Below are positions 53,089 through 61,690 of a stretch of DNA of 64,000 nucleotides, piece after piece. A model generated the notes under the pieces. That model searched no databases, was not told the DNA's origin, and saw only the letters and a list, made by a program, of their open reading frames with translations. Every line of letters begins with the position of its first letter. The first letter of the stretch is position 1. The DNA lies in NCBI GenBank assembly GCA_028223755.1, contig JAOIUY010000009.1:32288-96287 (forward strand). The letters are read 5' to 3'. The DNA is from Pseudomonadales bacterium. Its GTDB lineage: Bacteria > Pseudomonadota > Gammaproteobacteria > Pseudomonadales > UBA7434. The position numbers were made by a program, and so were the translations under genes.

Positions 53089-53295
53089 AGAGTGATAATT
53101 TCAGTTATGCGAGTACGCGATAAAGGCCGAGTTATGTGATAATTGGCCTCACTAGCGTGCAATTGTATCGTAGTCTGAGCGAGTGGTATAACATCATCAA
53201 TCAGAACCGGTCTTTAGAAGTTGTTAATACACACGTTTATAAACCAGCGCCAAAAAAATTGGCCGCGAAATTCATGTAAGAGGCAGCAGATTCGA

Positions 53296-54195
53296 ATGAA
53301 CAAACTTACCACCTATGGCGTTTTTGCTACGTTGATTGTTTTGTTGGCCGGTTGTTCGATTTTTGGTGATAAAGATAAAACAGATGAGGAGCGTGAAAAA
53401 GCGCGCTTATTATCTGAACAACAGCTCTATGAGCGTGTTCAAGAATACCTCGATGACGAAAAATTTGATCTAGCGGTTAAAAACCTGCAATTACTCGAGT
53501 CGCGCTTTCCCTTTGGTGTTTATGCCGATCAATCGCAGCTAGAGATCGTTTACGCCTACTACCGAAACAATGATGAAGATGCTGCCATTGCCGCTGCTGA
53601 CCGTTTTTTACGTCTTCACCCTCGACACCCCGATGCCGATTACGCTTGGTATATGAAAGGCCTTGCCAATTATAGTTTGGCGCCTGGTTTACTCTCTCGC
53701 TTTTATGAAGCCGATCAATCGGCCAGAGATGTTGCTTCAGCCCGTCGTTCATTTCGTGAATTCCAAGAATTTTTACGTCGCTACCCTGATAGCGTTTACG
53801 CTGCCGATGCCCGTGTGCGTATGGTCAATATCAAAGATGTGTTAGCGCGCCATGAGCTGGTTGTTGCCAATTATTATGTCAAGCGTCGCGCCTATACTGC
53901 TGCAATTAATCGCGCTAAAGCGGTGGTTGAGCAATACCAAAAAACGGAAGCGGTAGCTGATGCCTTTGCTTTATTGGTGTTTAGTTATCATCGTTTGGGT
54001 TTAACTGATTTAGTCGATGATAATCTAGCCGTGTTACAAGCTAACTTCCCAACCCATCCCTCTTTAGATGCTAATGGTGATTATCGCTATGATGCCGATT
54101 TTGACCTTAACCGTCGCTCTTGGCTTAACCGCTTATCCTTAGGCTTGATTGATGCACCGCGAGCGCCTATTTTTGATACTCGTGATGCTGGATAA
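53296..54195 (+). CDS. bamD: Outer membrane protein assembly factor BamD
   Basis: Track ORF starts at 53221. The ATG at 53296 gives MNKLTTYGVFATLIVLLAGCS (lipobox LAGC). TPR-like body. Divergent from rluD. Confidence 0.9.
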   Translation: MNKLTTYGVFATLIVLLAGCSIFGDKDKTDEEREKARLLSEQQLYERVQEYLDDEKFDLAVKNLQLLESRFPFGVYADQSQLEIVYAYYRNNDEDAAIAAADRFLRLHPRHPDADYAWYMKGLANYSLAPGLLSRFYEADQSARDVASARRSFREFQEFLRRYPDSVYAADARVRMVNIKDVLARHELVVANYYVKRRAYTAAINRAKAVVEQYQKTEAVADAFALLVFSYHRLGLTDLVDDNLAVLQANFPTHPSLDANGDYRYDADFDLNRRSWLNRLSLGLIDAPRAPIFDTRDAG

Positions 54196-54282
54196 TATCT
54201 AAGTCCATTCTTTATCTTACCTTTACCTAGTTAGCCGCTAGGTTCTCAATTATTTTTTTATTGGCTGTTTAAATGTAAGCAG

Positions 54283-54312
54283 CCCTTGAAATAGTTGCTA
54301 TTGCCCCTATCT
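54283..54312 (+). promoter_or_regulatory. Sigma32 (heat-shock) promoter of clpB
   Basis: CCCTTGAAA (54283-54291), 12 nt of spacer, then CCCCTATCT (54304-54312). Compare the consensus CTTGAAA ... CCCCATNT. Lies about 50 bp upstream of the clpB ATG. Confidence 0.7.
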
Positions 54313-54361
54313 TTATTTTGAAAGCAAAAGTTAAACACGCAAAGATAGCGAGGCAAGTATC

Positions 54362-57094
54362 ATGCGATTTGATCGTTTTACTCAAACCTTACAAAGTGCT
54401 CTAGCTGATAGTCAGTCCATGGCTATTGGTCAAAATCATACAGCTATTGAGCCTGCACATCTTATGCTTACCATGCTGAATTCGACAGATAGCTCGATCA
54501 CGCCGTTGCTAAAGCAGTCGACGGGCGACTTTTCGTTGCTTATTTCTAAGTTAGAACAAGTCATAAAATCATTGCCCACGCTACAGCAGGCGACAGGTGA
54601 AATTTCAGCTTCGCCTGCTCTGGGTAAATTGCTGAATCTGGCTGATAAATATGCGCAAGATAAAGGTGATCAATTTATTTCTAGTGAAGCCGTATTGTCA
54701 GCAGCATTCCAGCAGGGGTCTGATTTATTACCGCTGTTTAAAAAAGCAAGTTTCGATGCTGTTCAGGTTGAACAAGCTATCAATAAAATTCGTGGAGGGG
54801 AAACGGTGACATCAGCCGATGCGGAAAGTAATCGACAATCCTTAGATAAGTATACGATTGATTTAACTGCACTTGCAGAGCAGGGTAAGCTCGACCCCGT
54901 GATTGGTCGTGATGATGAAATTCGCCGCACAATACAAGTGTTACAGCGCCGCACTAAAAATAATCCTGTTTTAATTGGTGAGCCGGGCGTGGGAAAAACC
55001 GCTATTGTCGAAGGTTTGGCGCAGCGAATTGTTAACGGTGAAGTGCCTGAAGGTATTAAAAATAAACGATTACTGTCATTGGATTTAGGTGCGTTGTTAG
55101 CTGGCGCAAAATTTCGCGGCGATTTTGAAGAGCGCTTAAAAGCAGTACTTAAAGAATTATCGCAGCATGAAGGGCGCGTTATTTTATTTGTTGATGAGTT
55201 ACATACCATGGTCGGGGCAGGTAAGGCCGAAGGCGCAATGGATGCGGGTAATATGTTAAAGCCAGCGTTAGCGCGCGGTGAGCTCCATTGTGTTGGTGCA
55301 ACCACTTTAAATGAATATCGACAGTTTGTAGAAAAAGATGCTGCGTTAGAGCGCCGCTTTCAAAAAGTATTGGTAGATGAGCCTTCAGAAGAAGATACGA
55401 TTGCTATTTTGCGCGGATTAAAAGAGCGATATGAAGTGCACCACGGTGTCGATATTACCGATGCGGCTATTATTGCTGCGGCAAAATTATCGCAGCGTTA
55501 TATAACGGATAGACAATTACCTGACAAATCTATCGACTTAATTGATGAGGCTGCGAGTCGTATTCGCATGGAAATTGATTCCAAGCCTGAGGTCATGGAT
55601 AAATTAGAGCGCCGTTTAATTCAATTAAAAATACAGCGTGAAGCCGTTAAAAAAGATAAAGATCAAGCGGCTAAAAAACAATTAAAAATATTAAGCGATG
55701 ATATTGATCAGGTTGAAAAAGAGTTCGCCGACTTAGACGAAGTTTGGCGCGCCGAAAAGGCAACCGTGCAGGGCGATCAGCAAATTAAATCCGAATTAGA
55801 GCAGGCACGTATTGCCTTAGAATCCGCTTCAAGAAGCGGTGATTTAAGCAAGATGTCAGAGTTACAGTACGGCAAGATTCCTGCGTTAGAAAAACAACTC
55901 GCAGATATTGCTACCAGTGATACTCCAGTCATGCAGTTGTTGCGTAATCGTGTGACAGACGAAGAAGTTGCAGAGGTAGTCTCGCGCTGGACGGGTATTC
56001 CGGTGAGTAAAATGATTGAAGGCGAAAAAGAAAAGTTACTGCGTATGGAGAGCGAATTACATCACCGTGTTGTGGGGCAGGATGAAGCCGTTAAGGCTGT
56101 ATCCAATGCGGTAAGGCGTTCGCGAGCAGGCTTGTCGGATCCGAATAGACCTAACGGTTCTTTTTTGTTTCTTGGGCCAACCGGTGTGGGTAAAACCGAG
56201 TTATGTAAAACGCTGGCTAATTTTTTATTTGATAGTGAATCGGCCTTGGTGCGTTTAGATATGTCCGAGTTTATGGAGAAGCATTCGGTATCGCGTTTAA
56301 TTGGCGCGCCGCCCGGATATGTAGGATACGATGAAGGCGGCTATTTAACTGAAGCTATTCGCCGCAAGCCTTATTCACTTTTATTGCTTGATGAAATTGA
56401 AAAAGCGCATCCCGATGTATTTGATATTTTATTGCAAGTGCTTGAGGATGGTCGATTAACGGATAGTCAGGGGCGAACGGTCGATTTTAAAAACACGGTT
56501 ATTGTTATGACCTCTAACCTAGGTTCGGATGTTATTCAGCATATTGCCAGTGATAAATCTTATGATGCCGTGGACTTTGGTTTGCAGCATCAAGCTAATA
56601 CGAAAGACGAAGAGGATTTTTCTGTCGTAGAAGATTCGATATTGACCGAAAGTCGCTATGCGGCAATGAAGTCGGCAGTTATGAATGTGGTTGCCGAACA
56701 TTTCCGACCCGAGTTTGTTAATCGTATTGACGAAACAGTTGTCTTTCATCCGCTTGGGCGAGAGCACATTAGTGGCATCGCGACGATTCAGTTAGATCAG
56801 TTGCGAAAGCGTTTACTCGAGAGGGAGCTCACTTTGCATTTAGACGAGCAGGCTTTAGCTATGATTACACAAGCAGGCTTTGATCCTGTTTATGGTGCAA
56901 GGCCTTTAAAGCGAGTTATTCAGCAGCGCTTAGAAAATCCGTTAGCTCAACATTTACTGGCGGGCAACTTTATAGCTGGCGATACGATTATGGTGGGTGT
57001 CGATAATGTAAGTGTCGATAAGATGAGTGTCGATGCGAGCAATGACGATACGAGTAAGGGGCGTTTGAGCTTTAACAAACAGTCACTGCACTAA
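54362..57094 (+). CDS. clpB: AAA+ disaggregase ClpB
   Basis: 910 aa. Two Walker A motifs ([18 protein letters not shown]) and the middle coiled-coil domain. Longer than the usual 857 aa or so because of an insertion in NBD2 and a C-terminal tail. Confidence 0.97.
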   Translation: MRFDRFTQTLQSALADSQSMAIGQNHTAIEPAHLMLTMLNSTDSSITPLLKQSTGDFSLLISKLEQVIKSLPTLQQATGEISASPALGKLLNLADKYAQDKGDQFISSEAVLSAAFQQGSDLLPLFKKASFDAVQVEQAINKIRGGETVTSADAESNRQSLDKYTIDLTALAEQGKLDPVIGRDDEIRRTIQVLQRRTKNNPVLIGEPGVGKTAIVEGLAQRIVNGEVPEGIKNKRLLSLDLGALLAGAKFRGDFEERLKAVLKELSQHEGRVILFVDELHTMVGAGKAEGAMDAGNMLKPALARGELHCVGATTLNEYRQFVEKDAALERRFQKVLVDEPSEEDTIAILRGLKERYEVHHGVDITDAAIIAAAKLSQRYITDRQLPDKSIDLIDEAASRIRMEIDSKPEVMDKLERRLIQLKIQREAVKKDKDQAAKKQLKILSDDIDQVEKEFADLDEVWRAEKATVQGDQQIKSELEQARIALESASRSGDLSKMSELQYGKIPALEKQLADIATSDTPVMQLLRNRVTDEEVAEVVSRWTGIPVSKMIEGEKEKLLRMESELHHRVVGQDEAVKAVSNAVRRSRAGLSDPNRPNGSFLFLGPTGVGKTELCKTLANFLFDSESALVRLDMSEFMEKHSVSRLIGAPPGYVGYDEGGYLTEAIRRKPYSLLLLDEIEKAHPDVFDILLQVLEDGRLTDSQGRTVDFKNTVIVMTSNLGSDVIQHIASDKSYDAVDFGLQHQANTKDEEDFSVVEDSILTESRYAAMKSAVMNVVAEHFRPEFVNRIDETVVFHPLGREHISGIATIQLDQLRKRLLERELTLHLDEQALAMITQAGFDPVYGARPLKRVIQQRLENPLAQHLLAGNFIAGDTIMVGVDNVSVDKMSVDASNDDTSKGRLSFNKQSLH
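56997..57041 (+). repeat. In-frame 15-bp tandem repeat x3 near the clpB 3' end
   Basis: GTGTCGATAATGTAA / GTGTCGATAAGATGA / GTGTCGATGCGAGCA, encoding [15 protein letters not shown]. Confidence 0.85.
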
Positions 57095-57488
57095 TCTTTT
57101 TAGTTTGCTAAATGGCGTTATTTCAAGTTCTAGGCTTAAATAAGGCTGGGGTGAATTTAATTTATACCATTGATTTATAAGGGTTTTTTTCGCTTTAAGT
57201 TTATATATTGATGGATAAGCAACCCGCCAAAAAAATTAAATATACGCGACTCTAGTCACCTATCGACCTCTATCTTGTTGTTTTTATTAGAATTATTGAT
57301 TTTTCTTTCAATTAGATAGTTGTTGTTCTGGCATATTACTGTGCGGTTACTAGTATCTAGAATACTGCTGATTAAATATTCGATTTAAACTTAAAATCGC
57401 TCCATTTGAACGTTTTTTATGAGCAAAATTTTCAAGGTATGATAGTCTATTAAGTAGTCAGATCTCTTTCTGAGTCAGAACCGTATAA

Positions 57489-57506
57489 CACATTGAATTC
57501 AATGTG
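57489..57506. promoter_or_regulatory. Perfect 18-bp palindrome upstream of the TSP3-repeat gene
   Basis: CACATTGAATTCAATGTG, 66 bp upstream of the ATG at 57572, inside a 478-bp AT-rich ORF-free spacer. Confidence 0.4.
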
Positions 57507-57571
57507 ATTGCAGCATCAAAAAATAACGAATAATCGCAGTAGCTCAATAATTATAAACGCGGAAAAATCGT

Positions 57572-58576
57572 ATGATAAAAGTTAATTTAATGGCATTTAA
57601 AAGCTATGTGTTTGCTTTACTTGTTGCCTTAACTAGTCCAGTAATGGCCTACGACGTTGAAACATCTAGCCAAAATAATATTGCCTATGTGCTGCTGGTT
57701 AACGACAACCCAGGCGCTGTTTTTCATTCGATTGCCATTTCACAATCGCTACCGAGTTTTGTCACCAGTGCCAATGTTTCAATTGTTCCTGACACGGTAC
57801 TCGGTGGTGGTGCTAGTTTAGCTGCTGTAGAGTTTGACGTTTTTTACGCGCCGCAAGGAACCGTAGAGAATCTTGTATTAACGGTTTCCGGTCAAGCTGC
57901 TGGTGCTGATTTAACTTTTGATGTCTCTATCCCGCTTGAAATTGCCGCTAGTGCTGCAGCTGTTCAAGGTCAATATGGTTCTACTATACCTGCACCCGAC
58001 CCTGGTGGTGTTGACACTGACGGTGATGGTATTTCTGACGCACTTGAAGTGGCCTTTGGTAGTAATCCCCAGCTTGCCGATTCAACACCAAGTAATCCTG
58101 GCGATGCTGATTCCGATGGTATTTCCGACTCACTCGATAACTGTCCTAGCATAGCTAATGCTGATCAAGCCGATGCCGATAATGATGGCGCGGGTGATGT
58201 CTGTGATAGTACGCCTAACGGTGATACAGATGCTGACGGCGTTGATAACCTCTCTGATAACTGTCCAACAGATGCGAATGCTGATCAAACAGATTCGGAC
58301 AGTGATGGCGCAGGTGATGCCTGTGATGCTACTCCTAATGGTGACACCGATTCGGACATGATTGATAACGCTATCGATAATTGTCCCACAGATGCCAATA
58401 CAGATCAGGCTGATGCTGACAACGATGGCCTCGGCGACGTTTGTGATCCATCACCCAACGGCAATGAAGTAGCTGAAGAGTACGTGCCAATGCTTCCATC
58501 AATTGGCTTTGGTTTATTAAGCATGTTACTTGCTGCAGTGAGTTTGAATGCCAATAGAAAACGTTTAAATAAGTGA
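57572..58576 (+). CDS. Secreted thrombospondin type 3 repeat (calcium-binding) protein with a C-terminal sorting-signal-like tail
   Basis: 334 aa. Has a signal peptide. Contains repeated DxDxDGxxDxxDNCP...DQxDxDxDGxGDxCD modules. The tail is VPMLPSIGFGLLSMLLAAVSLNANRKRLNK (motif, TM helix, basic cluster). Confidence 0.8.
   Translation: MIKVNLMAFKSYVFALLVALTSPVMAYDVETSSQNNIAYVLLVNDNPGAVFHSIAISQSLPSFVTSANVSIVPDTVLGGGASLAAVEFDVFYAPQGTVENLVLTVSGQAAGADLTFDVSIPLEIAASAAAVQGQYGSTIPAPDPGGVDTDGDGISDALEVAFGSNPQLADSTPSNPGDADSDGISDSLDNCPSIANADQADADNDGAGDVCDSTPNGDTDADGVDNLSDNCPTDANADQTDSDSDGAGDACDATPNGDTDSDMIDNAIDNCPTDANTDQADADNDGLGDVCDPSPNGNEVAEEYVPMLPSIGFGLLSMLLAAVSLNANRKRLNK
58136..58495 (+). repeat. 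Three tandem 120-bp coding repeats (TSP3 modules)
   Basis: Units begin with GATAA(C/T)TGTCC at 58136, 58256 and 58376. Each encodes DNCP..A(N)ADQ.D.D.DG.GD.CD..PNGDTD.D. Confidence 0.85.
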
Positions 58577-58581
58577 TAATT

Positions 58582-59949
58582 ATGAACACACGTTTTATTC
58601 AAACACTGTTATTAAGTTCGGCCTTTCTAATAACTACTGTAATGTCTACGGCGACTTTTGCAGGGTCGCCTGTTCGTCTTCAAGTAGTTGAGTCGGTTAC
58701 TAACCTTAATACTATTAGTAAAAAATTATTTGCTACCGCAACGGCCAGTTCTTCGGGTTCTTCGGGTGGTGCGAGTGCGGCAGTAGATGGTAATTTGGCA
58801 ACCCGTTGGGAATCTCAGTTTAATACTGACCCCTCGACGTTAACTTTAGATTTAGGTGCACCTCGAAACTTAAGCCAAGTGGTTATCTATTGGGAAACCG
58901 CGAATGCCGCGACCTATAATATCGAAGGGTCCAATAACAATAGTAACTGGACGATTCTATCGAGCTATTCAGGAGGCACGTTTGCTCCGCGTACTGATAC
59001 AGCCGCTATAACCGGTACTTATCGTTATATTCGTATGAATGGATTATCGCGCCCAGCAGAAAATGTCTATGGCTATTCTATTTATGAAATGGAAGTTTAT
59101 GGTATTTCGATCATCACTTCCGATAGCGACAGTGATGGTGTCGACGACAGTGTTGACGAGTGTCCTAATACACTTCCAGATACCGCGGTCAGAAATAACG
59201 GTTGTGATATTTCCTTGATTGGCGGTTATGAATCTCCTACCTCTTATCCTGGCTACTCTTTAGTTTGGAGCGATGAGTTTTCAGGCACAGAATTAAATGC
59301 TGATGATTGGACACACGAAACCGGTAATGGCTGCCCTAATCTTTGCGGTTGGGGTAATAACGAACTGCAAAGCTATCGCTCACAAAACACGACAGTCGCT
59401 GATGGCCATCTTACTATTGAAGCAAAGATAGGTAACGGTTACACCTCCTCACGGATCAAAACGCAAGGTAAACAGTCTTTTCAATATGGCCGAATAGATA
59501 TTCGAGCTAAGCTTCCTCGTGGCAATGGCATGTGGCCTGCGTTATGGATGTTAGGAGAAAGCATATCCACTGTTGGTTGGCCAAGAAGTGGCGAAATCGA
59601 TATTATGGAAATGATTGGCGGTAGTAACTCTACAACGCTAGGCACTGCGCATTGGTATGACGGCGGCCATAATTATATTGGCTCAAGTACCAGTTTATCA
59701 TCTGGCGAGTTCGCTGATGAGTTTCATGTATTTAGTATTATTTGGACTGCGCAAAGTATAAGCTGGTATCTAGATGATCAAACATCGCCATTTTATGTCC
59801 TTGATATTACTCCTTCTGTACGAAGTGAGTTCCGCAATGAGTTCTTTTTCTTATTCAATATTGCTATAGGCGGCACCTTAGGTGGAACAGTTGATAACAA
59901 CAATCTACCTCAGACAATGGTTGTCGATTATGTTCGCGTATTTCAGTAG
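58582..59949 (+). CDS. Secreted glycoside hydrolase family 16 (laminarinase-type beta-glucanase) with an N-terminal F5/8 type C (discoidin/CBM32-like) domain
   Basis: ATG at 58582 (track offers GTG 58573). Has a signal peptide. Discoidin-like AVDGNLATRWESQF...YIRMNGLS...YEMEVYG. A TSP3-like linker SDSDSDGVDDSVDECPNT. GH16 catalytic motif EIDIME and WPALWML. Confidence 0.88.
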   Translation: MNTRFIQTLLLSSAFLITTVMSTATFAGSPVRLQVVESVTNLNTISKKLFATATASSSGSSGGASAAVDGNLATRWESQFNTDPSTLTLDLGAPRNLSQVVIYWETANAATYNIEGSNNNSNWTILSSYSGGTFAPRTDTAAITGTYRYIRMNGLSRPAENVYGYSIYEMEVYGISIITSDSDSDGVDDSVDECPNTLPDTAVRNNGCDISLIGGYESPTSYPGYSLVWSDEFSGTELNADDWTHETGNGCPNLCGWGNNELQSYRSQNTTVADGHLTIEAKIGNGYTSSRIKTQGKQSFQYGRIDIRAKLPRGNGMWPALWMLGESISTVGWPRSGEIDIMEMIGGSNSTTLGTAHWYDGGHNYIGSSTSLSSGEFADEFHVFSIIWTAQSISWYLDDQTSPFYVLDITPSVRSEFRNEFFFLFNIAIGGTLGGTVDNNNLPQTMVVDYVRVFQ

Positions 59950-59971
59950 AACTTAATTAATTGAATCATCG

Positions 59972-60012
59972 AAACCGCAATAAGCAAACAGTGTTTATTG
60001 CGGTTTTTTATT
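59972..60012 (+). terminator. Rho-independent terminator after the GH16 gene
   Basis: Perfect 12-bp stem: AAACCGCAATAA (59972-59983) pairs with TTATTGCGGTTT (59995-60006). 11-nt loop, running into a T-rich tail. Confidence 0.8.
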
Positions 60013-60040
60013 ATCTGCCAGAAAGACAGGATTAGGTCTT

Positions 60041-61042
60041 ATGATAAAAGCTTATGCTGCATTTGAACCCAAAGGTGAACTAAAACCGTTTGAGTACGAT
60101 CCTGGTGAATTGCAGGCTAATGAAGTTGAAATTGATGTTCACCACTGTGGTATTTGTCATAGCGATTTAAGCGTGATTGATAGCGAATGGGGGGAAATGC
60201 CGTATCCTATTGTGCCCGGTCATGAAGTGGCTGGAAAAATAACGCGAGTTGGAAGTCATGTTTCAGCACTTACAGTGGGACAGTCTGTGGGTTTGGGCTG
60301 GCATGCAGGCTATTGTAATAACTGTGCCAGTTGCGACAGCGGTGATAACAATTTATGTGGTAGTGCGCAGTCCACGATTATTGGTCATCATGGAGGCTTT
60401 GCCGATAAAGTACGAGCCGATGCAGCAAGTGTTGTAGCAATTCCAGACGGCATTGATTTATCGTTAGCAGGTCCATTATTTTGTGCCGGTGTTACCGTAT
60501 TTACACCGCTGCTTGAATTTAATATTAAGGCCGGTGATAAAGTGGCGGTTATTGGTATTGGTGGCTTAGGCCATTTGGCTTTGCAGTTTCTTAACGCTTG
60601 GGGCTGCGAAGTTACCGCATTCACTTCGAGTGAGGCGAAAAAACAAGAAGCATTAGCGCTCGGTGCGCATCACACTTTAGACTCTCGTAATGCGGCAGAG
60701 ATTGGTGGTGCGGGCGCTAGTTTCGATTTAATTATTTCAACGGTGAATGTTAAATTGGATTGGGGGCTTTATCTTAGTACTTTAAAACCGCGCGGACGTT
60801 TACATTTTGTTGGTGCCGTTTTAGAGCCACTTGATATCAACGTATTTTCGTTAATTTCTAGTCAGCTCTCGGTTTCAGGCTCTGCCGTTGGCAGTCCTTC
60901 GACCATTAAGAAAATGTTAGCGTTTGTGGAGCAGCACAATATTAAGCCGGTGGTTGAATCGTTTAGTTTTGATGATGTAAATGCGGCTATAGCACGGGTT
61001 AGAAGCGGGAAAACACACTACCGAGTCGTGCTGAGTCGATAA
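60041..61042 (+). CDS. Zinc-dependent NAD(P) alcohol dehydrogenase (YahK / cinnamyl-alcohol dehydrogenase type)
   Basis: 333 aa. Contains HHCGICHSDL, the structural-zinc cysteines CNNCASCDSGDNNLC and GIGGLGH. Confidence 0.88.
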   Translation: MIKAYAAFEPKGELKPFEYDPGELQANEVEIDVHHCGICHSDLSVIDSEWGEMPYPIVPGHEVAGKITRVGSHVSALTVGQSVGLGWHAGYCNNCASCDSGDNNLCGSAQSTIIGHHGGFADKVRADAASVVAIPDGIDLSLAGPLFCAGVTVFTPLLEFNIKAGDKVAVIGIGGLGHLALQFLNAWGCEVTAFTSSEAKKQEALALGAHHTLDSRNAAEIGGAGASFDLIISTVNVKLDWGLYLSTLKPRGRLHFVGAVLEPLDINVFSLISSQLSVSGSAVGSPSTIKKMLAFVEQHNIKPVVESFSFDDVNAAIARVRSGKTHYRVVLSR

Positions 61043-61151
61043 CGGCCTTTTGTTCGCTAGCGGCGCTTGTTGATCTTCTCAGCGGTTTATCTCGTATAGC
61101 ACCTTTAAGCAATATCTATCAATAATGATAGTTTTTATATGGCTGCTCAGT

Positions 61152-61203
61152 TTGACGACACGACATGACGACACAATATGACGACACAATATGACAACAC
61201 AAG
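61152..61203 (+). repeat. 13-bp tandem repeat x4 ending on the start codon of the next gene
   Basis: TTGACGACACGAC (61152), ATGACGACACAAT (61165), ATGACGACACAAT (61178) and ATGACAACACAAG (61191). Confidence 0.85.
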
Positions 61204-61517
61204 CAGAAACATTTAATCAAGATGATAACGCCGAGCAAGTCGCTAAGTCGGGTGCTTATGGTGAGTTATCTGCCGAATCTTTATCTCGAATTATAGAAAT
61301 GGCATGGGAAGATCGCACGCCCTTTGAGGTGATCAAAACGCAGTATGGTTTTGATGAAAAGGCCGTGATTAAATTGATGCGTAGTCAGTTAAAGCGTCGT
61401 AGTTTTGAACTTTGGCGGGAGAGGGTGACATCGCGTGGTACCAAGCATTTAGCTAAGCGGCCGTCTTCAGTGTTACGTCACCATTGTCCTACGCAATATA
61501 AGATGCGCAATCGCTAG
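61191..61517 (+). CDS. TIGR03643 (DUF2805) family protein
   Basis: 108 aa. The core LSRIIEMAWEDRTPFEVIKTQYGFDEKAVIKLMRSQLKRRSFELWRERV matches my memory of this family. Confidence 0.75.
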   Translation: MTTQAETFNQDDNAEQVAKSGAYGELSAESLSRIIEMAWEDRTPFEVIKTQYGFDEKAVIKLMRSQLKRRSFELWRERVTSRGTKHLAKRPSSVLRHHCPTQYKMRNR

Positions 61518-61690
61518 TGAACCGCGGCTCAAAAAAACAAGCAACAAAAAAGATTAAGCAAAGCAAAGTCTGTCCTGTCTGCCAATTGTCATTCGACAAT
61601 AGAAAAAAATGGCAGCAGCGGGGCCTTTGGGAGCAAATTGTCTATTGCTCAGCTCGCTGTCGTGCTAATTCAAAAAAATCACAAATCTAA
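61517..61690 (+). CDS. DUF2256-family small zinc-ribbon protein (not in the supplied ORF track)
   Basis: Own reading: GTG at 61517 overlapping the TAG of the upstream gene (TAGTG), then 57 codons and TAA at 61688-61690. Encodes VNRGSKKQATKKIKQSKVCPVCQLSFDNRKKWQQRGLWEQIVYCSARCRANSKKSQI. The CPxC ... RKKW ... YCSxRCR pattern is typical of DUF2256. Confidence 0.7.
   Translation: MNRGSKKQATKKIKQSKVCPVCQLSFDNRKKWQQRGLWEQIVYCSARCRANSKKSQI

Noticed and set aside
57918-58361. Alternative-frame ORFs inside the TSP3 repeat region (78 aa, 67 aa, and 60 aa on the minus strand)
   Set aside because: These are artefacts of the 120-bp tandem repeats, which propagate stop-free stretches in all frames. Only the annotated frame gives the calcium-binding DxDxDG/CP motif pattern.
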